A DNA stretch of 61,994 nt, filler included, from Sphacelaria rigidula (taxonomy: Eukaryota): the NCBI GenBank assembly GCA_964200075.2. It is 10 parts of 10 records of this genome, joined end to end, with 100 filler letters (N's around TTAATTAATTAA, not from the genome) between each part and the next. Parts side by side here need not be neighbours in the genome. Positions count along the whole stretch, not along the records: positions 6,211 to 12,320 come from CAXNAA020022159.1; positions 12,421 to 18,530 come from CAXNAA020022160.1; positions 18,631 to 24,740 come from CAXNAA020022161.1; 7 more parts are not named here. One strand, 5' to 3'. Both the position numbers and the translations under genes were made by a program. Positions 12,121-21,948 of this stretch are shown piece by piece; the stretch's first letter is position 1; each line of letters opens with the position of its first letter. Under the pieces are notes generated by a model. It worked only from the letters and a program-made list of their open reading frames with translations, ran no database searches and was not told where the DNA came from.

Positions 12121-12320
12121 CCCCGCGCCCCGGTGGTGTAATGGTCCGACTGTCGCCATTGGGGTGGAGAGAACGGCGGTTCGATTCCCGATGCGTTCGG
12201 TTTTTCTTCATGTTTGATTTCCACCGTGGAAAGCGTGAGAACGTGAGTAAACAAAATAGTTGACTGGGTTTGTGTGACGTGAGTTGACGCGGTGCGGGAG
12301 TGCTGACCCAATCCGCGAGA
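12121..12320 (+). mobile_element. tRNA-derived SINE, head and body (cut by contig end)
   Basis: A-box TGGTGTAATGG and B-box GGTTCGATTCC, without a proper cloverleaf. The body is homologous to 39428-40005 and to 31093-31246 (-). Confidence 0.8.
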
Positions 12321-12420
12321 NNNNNNNNNNNNNNNNNNNNNNNNNNNNNNNNNNNNNNNNNNNNTTAATTAATTAANNNNNNNNNNNNNNNNNNNNNNNN
12401 NNNNNNNNNNNNNNNNNNNN

Positions 12421-12575
12421 CATGAAGGGTGGTCTGCATTCTGCTAAGATTGTTCGGCCCGAAGCCTACGGATTATCTTACATTTGGATGACAGCCAACA
12501 ATGAGTTGCTTCATTCTGTGGCATCGCCACTTCCAGAGATAGCCACGATTTTAAACTGCCTCACGGGTGTCTAAT
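12421..12575 (-). repeat. Partial copy of the ~500-bp dispersed element (see 41129 and 47263)
   Basis: CCCGAAGCCTAC...GGATGACAGCC..CAATGAGTTGC...CGCCACTTCCAGAGA...CTGCCTCACGGGTGTCT. Confidence 0.85.
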
Positions 12576-12863
12576 CAGCAAGGTAGGAGTGGGCAGGATG
12601 GAAATGGGATTATTCATGGTGGAGACGGGGTTCAACGGGGAAAAGGAATGTATAGTTGTGGTACTTCCCGTGAACGGTGAAGGTTCTGTTAGAAAAGTGT
12701 CGCGAGGGACCATTCCCATTGCTTCTGATCTGCATAGATTTGTTTTTGCGCTACCGACAACTCAAGCGGTGGTGAGCAAGCCGATTGTGTGGTGGGGAAC
12801 CTATACTTGAGCACCCTTAATCTTTACTCGTGACGTTGGAGCACAGCAACGAACAGGATTCAC

Positions 12864-12962
12864 ATGGCGGACAATGAGGGTATTCGAGGGGTACTGAAAC
12901 TCTGTCCAAAGTTTGATGGCAGAGACAAAGCGAAGTTCCGGGAACTCAAAGCTACAACCAGG
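12864..12962 (+). pseudogene. Short copia Gag N-terminal fragment
   Basis: MADNEGIRGVLKLCPKFDGRDKAKFRE resembles the Gag start at 17444 (ISKFDG). The rest of the listed ORF is the antisense of the neighbouring RNase H end. Confidence 0.45.
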
Positions 12963-14035
12963 CTGTACTTATATTATTTTGAATGGGCTGATCAGCTTGA
13001 CGAGATGGCGGTGCCTGTGTTTGCTGAGGTACTTGGTCCCTATGTCTGCGAGTTGGTCTTCGGCCTTGACGTAACGAATGCCGATCCTTTCCTCCTTGAC
13101 TAATTCCTAAATGAAGAAGTACCGTAGAGCTACGCGCTTGACTCTCGAGCTGTAAGTTCGTTGCCTGCGACGTGAAGAGTTGAGGTGTTGTCGATGTAGA
13201 CCGGAACGGAGTCGAAGCGTGTGCGAAATCCCATCTCCCGCATCATATTCGAAAAAATATGCCTTCCTTCATGGTGAGTGTAGCGACCACAAGTTCTGCT
13301 TCCATCGTCGATTGCGCACTGTCTCCTTGTAGTCCTACCTTAAAACTGACGAGGCCGTTCGAGCGAAAGAGAAGATATGATGATGTTGATTTCCCGTTGT
13401 CGGGGTTGTTGCCCCAGTTCGCCTCTGAAAAAGCCGTCAATTGGAAACCACCCTGGTTGTAGGTGATGTCATGGTCCGTAATGCCGGCCAAATATCGAAG
13501 TAAGTGTTTTGCAGCTGCCACATGCGCCTTCGACGGTTTGGACATCGCCCGTGCCAGTTGATTCACGCCGTATCCAATGTCGTAGCGGGTCACTCGAGCG
13601 AGATACATCACACTGCCTGTGATGGGCTGGAAGCGCTGTTTGTCCTCCTCGTTGAGTATTTTGTCTCTCGGCTGGTCCAGTGGCAGTGCTTGTCCCGTCC
13701 CAGGAGTGCACGTCGGGTTGTTCGCTATCTCGCATCGTTCCTGGAGAGACTCGCGTAATTTGTGTGGCTGGTGTTGGGTATCTTGCTATTACGGTCACGA
13801 ACAGCCTCCATTCCCAGCACTAACGATACATCTCCCATGCCCGTCATAACAAACGTCCCATTAGTTGATGCTTGATTCTTTCCAGCACCTTGTTGTCAGT
13901 CTGCCACCGCTCCATGTTGTACCCCCAAACTATTACCGACATTATGCGGGTACGCTGAATCCTGCAGATCGGAATAACTGACGCAACCGAAACCGGGAAA
14001 TTGTTTCCAGCACAGCACTCCGACTCGACCCTTGT

Positions 14036-14178
14036 AGCACCAGCACCAGCACCAGCACCAGCACCAGCGGTAGCAGCACCAGTAGTAGTAGTCGTAGTTG
14101 TTGTTGTTAATGATGATAATGATGGCGATGTTGATGTTGTTGTTGATGATGATGTCGTCGTTGTCGTTGTCATTGTCG

Positions 14179-14232
<54 letters not shown>
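14036..14232. repeat. Compound microsatellite (CAGCAC)n/(GTA)n/(GAT)n/(GTT)n inside copia pol
   Basis: Read directly; gives the poly-Thr/AG run in ORF 13844-15856. Confidence 0.97.
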
Positions 14233-14235
<3 letters not shown>

Positions 14236-16395
14236 CCTGTAGTTGCGGGTTGCCATGCGTACACACTTCACCATGAAGTGAGTGGCGATGATAATTGGTT
14301 AGCGATGGTTCTGCGAACCGTGTCACCGTGTGTTCGTTAAACCCGTCCCGTGGTTGTGTCACGAGTTGCTCCGGCAGTGTACCACCCTGTGGAGGGCCAT
14401 CGTGCGGAAGCGTCCTTCCACGAGTTGGGGCACCGTCGTGCATATCTCGCCTGGTGATGACGCCGATTCTCCCAAGAAGCTCGCCCCCTTGTGAATTTTT
14501 AGCGCCCCTGTTAACCAATCGCCCTCCGACTGGCTCGGAAGATAGTATCTGAGTGCCCCCATTGGTGTGGACAAACGCCTTGGCCTCAATGACTTGAGGA
14601 TACGCTCGATCTGGTTTTCTCCCCTGCAGCATCTTGTCCGGACACTGTATTCTGAGCCCGGAGTGCAGTGCCTTGTTTGCAAGGTAGGATGTCCTGAGCA
14701 TTGATTCGCCCCAGGGGAAGGTCGGTAAACCGCTGTCGGCAAGCATCCACCGGACCATGGCTGCAAGCGTCCTCCCTACGCGTTCTGACAGTCTGATTCT
14801 TTGTGGTGTATTGGTGCTCGCAAACTCTAGCAATATGCCTGTCTGCCGGCGGTACGTTCTGAAATTCTTGCCAATAAACTCACCCCCTTTGTCTGCCCTG
14901 AGTCGTTCGAGCTGAACTCCGCCGATCCCACCCATGGTCATGATCGGTTGCAAGGTGCGTTGCACTTTGTTGTTGGCTGTCTTCGGATGGACTAGTTGAT
15001 GGCTTTTCCCAACAGCACGAATATTCCAGTCTGGGACAGATCCACCGAAGTCCACCCCGTTACTTTCGACGGTTTTGAGAAGGTTCAAACTGTTGCTGTT
15101 CAAGTGCCCCATCCGCCGATGCCACAGCGTTGCGGCGTCTGCAGCTTGCATAGCCAGTCCAGGCGCGTCGTTGCCGCTGCTTACTTCTAGAGAAAAGAAG
15201 TACAGGTCACTCTCCAGCTCCTGCAGCGGAACGGTGAAGTTATCTGTCTCCAGTCTTGGGTTGTTTACTTCGAAAATAGGCACAACTCCGTTGCGTGTCG
15301 CTTGCTTGACGGAGAACAGATTCCGTCCCAAGCCAAACATCAACCAGACGTAATGAACCACGGCTATTACGGCCAGCGCACGGACTATTGGGGAGAGTGC
15401 CTCCTTGATTCCCCCAAATATGTTGTGAGCCCTGCGCCGGAACTCCAGACCCCCGGCCTCCTCGGTCCCGTCCGTCCCTTCGAAGGCACCGAAAAGCCCA
15501 CTGCTGTCGAATGCAGCAACGGGTTCGTTTGTTGGAGCGAACGGCCGGAGGTTGTCCGTTTCCCGGGGATCTTGTGTTCTGGGCGCTTTTAAAGCATTGA
15601 AGGAAATGGCCGGAGTCTGCTCCCTTGCATCAAACCTGACGATTGCGCGAGATTTGCTGCCTGCTGGTTGTTTGCTGCCTGCTGGTTGCGCCGTTGCAAG
15701 AAACGGCACTTTTCGTCGCTGTGGGTTGTTGACATGTGAAACGAGCACCACTTGCCTTCTGTCCCCTTGTTTTTGTCTCCCCCTGTCAGTGCTTGGGCCG
15801 CGTTTCGAGCGGGGCAATTTCTTTTGACGTGGCCTCGCTTTCCGCAGCGGAAACACACGGTGCGATTTCTTCTGCTGTCGCGACTTCCACTGGCCTGCAT
15901 GGCGACCCCGCGACCTGCGACCAAGTTGGTAGCGTCTGGGCGAGAGAGATAGTCGGTATACATGGTGCTGACCATGTATCGGAGATCCGCCAAATTAATA
16001 TCACGCCTCTCGCAGCTAGCAACACGAACCCTTTCGTACTCGGCAGGCAGGGCTCGGAGGATAATGTCCTTGTACCGCTAGTCGGGTATACCTTGTCCCA
16101 TTTCATCTAGGCGATCACGGTAGTCGTCCATGATAAAGAGGAAGTCTTCCAGATCATCTTCGGACTGCATCTTTGTGTTGTGGAGTTTGCCATGGAACTC
16201 TCTTCGTGCCTCTTTGATGTTGCCGTCAAATTTGTTGTGCAGCGCTGCCCACGCTGCTTGTCCGTTCCCAATCCCATCCTGTGGGGTTTTCCCCATGTGA
16301 CGTCTGGCGGTATCGTTTGCTGATTTTCCAGCAAAGATCCTTCCCTTTTGCTGCTGTCTTCCTTCTTCCAAAGTTCGCTCTGTAAACATCAGCGA

Positions 16396-16411
16396 CGAGG
16401 CTCATTAAACC
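16396..16411 (-). promoter_or_regulatory. Degenerate primer-binding site of the minus-strand copia
   Basis: Minus strand reads ...TTTTCTAACA|GGTTTAATGAGCCTCG, near-identical to the PBS at 17255. Confidence 0.75.
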
Positions 16412-16789
16412 TGTTAGAAAAGTGTCGCGATGACCCCTTTGACGTGATCGCTAGAGTTGGCGCAATGGCACTTGAGACAAGCAAGCAGACAAGCTGTTTT
16501 GGAGTGTAGACAGAAGTTGATGTTCAAGGTGCCTCTTGTGGGGAAGACAGTCCAAACAACCCACCGTGTTGAAGGGTCAACCGAGGAGAGTGCTTCATGA
16601 ATCGCAACTACTATCCCACATGATACGCCCCCACACCAGACCAAACCTTCGTGACCGGTACCTGCGATCCCAACACTACTTATATATATATAAAGTCGAT
16701 ACCACACGAAGCGTTGAAGAGCATGGCTCCACAGCCTCATTTTCTAATAGAGCCAACCTCACGAATTTTGTGCGATACGACGCAGACGA

Positions 16790-17254
16790 TGTTAGAACAA
16801 CAGATTTGTTATTGGTCTGTTATTTCGATAGTCGCTCATATCGGGTAAATAGCAGTACAACCTCCGCATCCTCAGAGGATTGCAACTGTTCTAAGATTGT
16901 TAGCGGAGCTTCCGTCTCTGTCGGGTTGATGGAAAGATTCTAGGATTCTCATTATTAGTCTGTTCTAGAGTTCTGTCGGGTTAATGTAAAGTCGTACGAT
17001 TCTCATAAGTAAAAATATTCTCATAAGTAAGAGCTTAGGCGTAGCGCATTGATCCGAGGGTGTTTGTGGGTTGCCCCACACCCTCTCACTCTCTTTTTCT
17101 TCTTCCCTCTCTTCAGTGAGATTCTCGGCCACATAAGCGCCAATTTCCAACATCAGTCTTTTCGACAAGCAAGTGTGCTTTACCGCCACTTCGTGCTGGC
17201 TCTGTGCATCTCCTTGAGATATCACGCCACATCAAGAACTAACTCGTTCTTTCA
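16790..17254 (+). mobile_element. 5' LTR of a second copia element
   Basis: TGTTAGAAC...GTTCTTTCA termini (7/9 inverted match), immediately followed by the PBS. Confidence 0.65.
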
Positions 17255-17268
17255 GGTTATGAGCCTCG
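17255..17268 (+). promoter_or_regulatory. Half-tRNA-Met primer-binding site GGTTATGAGCCTCG
   Basis: Abuts the LTR-terminal CA. Its reverse complement CGAGGCTCATAACC resembles the anticodon arm (CAT) of initiator tRNA-Met, as in Drosophila copia and Ty5. Confidence 0.85.
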
Positions 17269-17443
17269 ATCGTGATCAGCACACCGCATCGACGTTCTTC
17301 TAGGTCCGTCACTTCAAGCCGCATCCTCCGAGGGAGCACCTCCGAGGACCAGCGCAATTCTCCAGAGATTTTCGTCTAGAATAATTTCGACGAGATATCA
17401 TCTTCATTTTCGACTACTTCTAGTTCAACCGCCAGTGCCTATC

Positions 17444-18530
17444 ATGGGAGAGTCCACTTCGGCGGCTATTCAACTCATTAGGAGTATCAGCAAGTTCGAT
17501 GGTTACCACCTCGTGCCGTGGCGGAGGACACTCCGTGCAACGGCTGACCTTCTTCATCCCGAAATTTCTCGGATTCTGGACGGCGAGCCTCGACCCGCCG
17601 TCACCTCCGAGCGCAGGACTCTGCAGAGGACTGCGACCACCCCAGCCGTCTCAAACCGCAGGACGAGAGGCTGAGGGGGCGATACCGGCGCCAGCGCTGA
17701 CTCCGGGAGGACCGGAGGAACCGAGGCCAGCGGAGCTGAGGGCGGCCTCTCCGGCGGGCGCTCCGCGGAAATTCCCGCGTCAACAGTCCCTACCGACGAC
17801 CTGTTCGCCGATACGACGATCAGCAACCAAACAGATCTGGACGCTTGGGATGGCTACGACAGGCAGCTCTTCAGCGTCCTCCTGCTGTCCACCAAGGGAG
17901 CGGCCAACAGCTTGGTCAGTAGCCTTGCCGCGCGCGAGGGCCAAAAGCCGAACGGCCAAGCTGCGTGGATTGCTCTGAACAAGAAATACCTCAATTCTTC
18001 GTCGCAAAGATGGCGCATTTTGATGCGGGGTCTCCAGCAACATCTTATGGCGCCCAATCAAGACCCGGACGAGTACATCCTGGCCATGCATCAAAAGCGG
18101 GACGAGCTCGAATAGATCAACGAGCCCGTATCGGACGCCCGCATGCAGGACGTCATTTTCGAGGGCCTGACTGATGAATACGAGACACTTCGCTTTGCGG
18201 CGGAGAGGGACCCCGAGATGACGCTCGAAGAGATCGAGACCACTGCTCGGAACATGTTCGCCAATCGTGTGGCGCGCGGCGAATTGTCGGCGCCATCGCG
18301 CACAAAAGGGCGCGAGTCCGCTATGACTGCGACTCCATCGTTTCGGGGCTCGTGCGATTACTGCAACAAGCCTGGACACAACAAATCGTCCTGTTTCATC
18401 CTGCAACGCGATCGCGACGCTGGCTCGTCATCCACATCTGGCCGGAGAAGCAACTGGTGGTGCAGCTACCACAAAACGCATCTCCACGACAACGCCGACT
18501 GCATGAAGCAGCAACGGCAAAGGAACGGCG
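17444..18530 (+). pseudogene. Copia Gag (UBN2-type), disrupted and cut by contig end
   Basis: MGESTSAAIQLIRSISKFDG...NGQAAWIALNKKY...QDPDEYI...EGLTDEYETL...CDYCNKPGHNKSSC, then WCSYHKTHLHDNADC. Stops at 17672 and 18113. Confidence 0.9.
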
Positions 18531-18630
18531 NNNNNNNNNNNNNNNNNNNNNNNNNNNNNNNNNNNNNNNNNNNNTTAATTAATTAANNNNNNNNNNNNNN
18601 NNNNNNNNNNNNNNNNNNNNNNNNNNNNNN

Positions 18631-18700
18631 GATAATAATGATAATAATGATAATAATAATAATAATAATAATAATAATAGTAATAGTAATAGTAATAATA
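18631..18700. repeat. (AAT)n microsatellite
   Basis: Read directly. Confidence 0.98.
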
Positions 18701-18939
18701 TACTAGTGGTAAGCCACGGCTGACGCACGAGGCAGCACCGCCGCAGGTACCAACGCCGAGGTTCTCGCACTCATGGTGGGTTTAAACAAATTGCGGAAAG
18801 CAAAAATGACGGTAACCGTACGTAATAAGTACAACGTATAAGCAAATGAGGACTTCCAGCCCCACGGCTATCATGGTCAGCGTTATACACGCGGCCATTT
18901 GGATACCCCCCATAATTCCTCCAGGGCGGTCAACGTTTT

Positions 18940-19125
18940 GAGCCTCCGAAGGAAGCAAAAACCTCCGGAGGGGTGCGCGGCTCTCCAGAGGAGTATTCCC
19001 TCGTTTCCTCCAGAGGGATTGAACGCCTCCGGAGGCTTGTTCTTGCCTCTGAAGCGCCGCGCATCCCTCCGGAGACATTTTGCTACCCACAAATTCCTCC
19101 GGAGGGATGCGCGGCCCTCCGGGGC
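18940..19125. repeat. Cluster of CCTCCGGAGG palindromes and GC-rich hairpins
   Basis: Includes a perfect 19-bp inverted repeat GCCGCGCATCCCTCCGGAG / CTCCGGAGGGATGCGCGGC. Confidence 0.75.
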
Positions 19126-19449
19126 GGTAGTGTTTTCGTCGCTAGCGGTGGTTCGTCTATGTATTTGCACGTGTGAGCTGTGGCATTGGTGGTGTGCGTG
19201 CCGTGGCGTGCGCTATCTGCCAGCTCTGTTGTGTGCGGATGCATTCAGAAGTGGATTTTGAAAAAGCGGAGAATACCGTATGATGGGAAGGGGCCTCATC
19301 TGTCACTACCCGTCGCATGGCCGATTTCCTTTCGTTTCCGTGTTTTCCAACCACCAGCTCGAAAATAAGGAAGTGATCTGTATTGATTGTTTCAAATTTC
19401 AAAGTTTCTCGCAGACTTGCACAGGTGGACATTCGGCTACTGCCTGTGG

Positions 19450-19990
19450 TGACCCTGTCAGGACGAACAACACCCTGTGGAGACCCTGTAGTGACCTTGT
19501 ACAGGGTATTTTACCCTGTCAGGGTGACATGACAGGATCTTGTCGGTTCAAACACCTTGACAGGCTTTGGCGGTGATACCTTGTACATTTCGAGAGCCTA
19601 TGCAGGGTAATGTTTCAACACCTTGCGGAAGGGTCTACCTTGACAGGATGATGTTCCCATACCCTGGGCAAGCACCCACCTTGGCAAGATTATGTTACGA
19701 CACCTTGTATATTCCGAGACCTTTTACAGGATAGTGTTTCAACACCTTGCGGCAGGGTCGACCTTGACAGGGCGATATTCCCATACCCTGAGCAAGCACC
19801 CACCTTGGTAAGGTTATGTTACGACACCTTGTATATTCCGAGACCTTTTACAAGGTAGTGTTCTAATACCTTGCGGAAGGGTGGAGCTTGACAGGATCAT
19901 GTTCCCATACCCTGGGCAAGCATCCACCTTGGCAAGGTGATGTTCCGACACCTTGTGCAATAAGCATCGATCTCGGCAGGGTACTGTTTT
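19450..19990. repeat. ~124-bp tandem array (3-4 units)
   Basis: CACCTTGTATATTCCGAGACCT...TTCCCATACCCTGGGCAAGCACCCACCTTGGCAAG recurs. Confidence 0.9.
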
Positions 19991-21209
19991 GACACCTCGC
20001 GCGAGAGTCCAGAGTCGTTCCAAGGCGTCAGCATCCGCCTAGCCCTCTTTTCAGGCGTAAAACGACGGATAAGGGCCAATAATGTAGTTTTGAACTGACA
20101 TTTTGAACAGTTCACATGAGAGTCGGTTCAATGAATCAAACCAACGGAGGAGGCGTCTCGGGTTTTTGCAGCGTCACACGTTTCTTAGAAAATGTCCGCG
20201 GACGTTTTCTTGGCGCGCGGTCGCGAAGGCTGACGCCAGTGGCACTTAAGCCAAGCGAGCAGATATGCAGCGCTAGGAGTGTAGAGAGAAGATGGTGTCA
20301 TAGAGATGCCGCTCATGGGCAAGACAGTCCAGAACAACCCAACAACAAAGGAAGGCGGCTGGGCTGGATACCAGTTCCCACTATAGACCGAGATATCAGA
20401 AACAGTACCGGCGATTCACAATCCTGCCTGGTAAAGGTACACTTGTACTTGTTCGACAATCGCATACGAAACAACACCTTACGAAGCCGTGACTGAATAG
20501 GCTCCGAAGCTTCTTTTCCTGAAAATATCAAACACGGGGTTTATGATATTACATTACGGGATGATAAAAACGTGTACAACTGCACAAAAACACCGTAACT
20601 CACTTCTCATTCGTGTAACAATATGAAAGACCTGGCAGCATTCATTTCGTGGAAGATGACCGACTCCTTAGTTGTGCAGAAGCTCTCTGTAGGCTCGGTA
20701 CTGGACAAGAACGGCGGGTATTCTTCCGACCTACTGTTGTGGCTGTGAGGATACGCCAAGCCGCTGTATGCAGCTAGTTCTCTCCGGCGAATTTCTCCGG
20801 AGCGGTGATGGTGGGATGAGAGCAGCTGGAGCGCAGTGTTGACCGCAATATATGCGCATACATGCATGTTTGCGCGAGTCAGGTGTGTGTATGGCTTGCA
20901 CTAGTAGTACAACTGTATTTAACCTTACAACCTGCTCCTGGTCCGAAAGGTATGGGCTCACCAAACTAGCTAGGTATACAGTACGCGCATCGCGTGAACT
21001 TCAACCGTTCCCGCTGCTGAAAAGCTTCGCCCCTGTGCGATTGGGAGCATCTTGAGATTATCCCAAAAACTATAGCATGCATGCGTCCGATATCGGGCCC
21101 CACATACGACGAGTCTGAGCACAGCAGTAAATATTCTTGTATTGAATTATATACGTAACGAATCGTCATTTTCTGCGTTACTAGCTGCATGAAAGCCAGG
21201 GGTCTACGA

Positions 21210-21337
21210 GCTGGGCCAGCAGTAAATCCCGCATTCGCTTTTTACACCACAACTTCTCAAAATTTCCAAATCGGCCTGACTTGAGCATATCGCTGTGAAT
21301 TGCAGACCAACCTAGTAACACACGGCACCGCCGCTGA
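21210..21337. repeat. Dispersed repeat, second copy at 59364-59487
   Basis: GTAAATCCCGCATTC...CAACTTCTCAA...GCATATCGCTGTGAA..GCAGAC...ACACACGGCACCGCCGCTG in two contigs. Confidence 0.85.
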
Positions 21338-21948
21338 ATGCAGGAAAAAACTGAAGAAAACCTCCATAATTGCAGTCTCCTGTATCACTTGAATTGAAGG
21401 GGCGCGGCCGTGTCACACGAAAAGTGCGATGCCGCGCCTAATTTGAGGTGTTTCTGGCCAGAACTTGACCAAAATGTCGTTGGCGCGAGTTCCCGTATTT
21501 GTTGGAGCCTTGTCGTTTTTATCATTTTTCAGGGAATATAGCACTTTTCCTGTATTTGCTAAAACTTCAGCTCGCTTTAACTTCCTGGTTTTTTTCCTTC
21601 GCACCCCCAATAGGGTTGCGCGGGTTGATGGTGAAAATGTCGTGTCAAAATTTCAGTGCCTGAAGGCCAGCTCTGATGAGAGCCGTTCCAAACTCCTGGC
21701 GAAAATGCCTTTTGGGTCCTTCTCCGTCGATTTACGCCCGAAATACGGCTAGGCGGATGTAGACGCCTTGGAATGACTTGATTTACTCGTTGCGTACGTT
21801 CCACGGCAACTTCGCATTTCCCGCTGGCCGCACTTTAGTTTTTGGCCAAATTAGGCCAAACACGGCCTCTCAGTGAAAAACGATCAGGTGATCAAGATTC
21901 CCCCCGGTTTTTGTGCCGCTTGACCGTTCTTTTATGAATATCCGTGTT

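Larger units (their letters stand above)
12969..16674 (-). mobile_element. Decayed Ty1/copia retrotransposon (5' LTR ~16674-16412, PBS, gag, integrase, partial RT, RNase H)
   Basis: Domain order Gag-IN-RT-RH. Motifs: CFRCGKRGHVKRNC zinc knuckle; LWHRRMGHLN (GAG-pre-integrase); RLRADKGGEF (rve); MYLARVTRYDIGYGVNQLAR; FSEANWGNNPDNGKSTS; EDQLADIGTK. Many frameshifts and deletions. The upper LTR boundary is uncertain. Confidence 0.92.

Noticed and set aside
12121..12200. tRNA gene
   Set aside because: A and B boxes are present but there is no convincing acceptor or anticodon stem, and the head is linked to the same downstream body in several copies, so it is a SINE head.
13844..15856. 670-aa ORF as an intact protein
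   Set aside because: It is a mosaic of out-of-frame gag, deleted integrase pieces and a microsatellite; part of a decayed copia.
21400..21872. Possible TIR element (GGCCGTGT...ACACGGCC)
   Set aside because: Only a short inverted match and no TSD; not enough to call.
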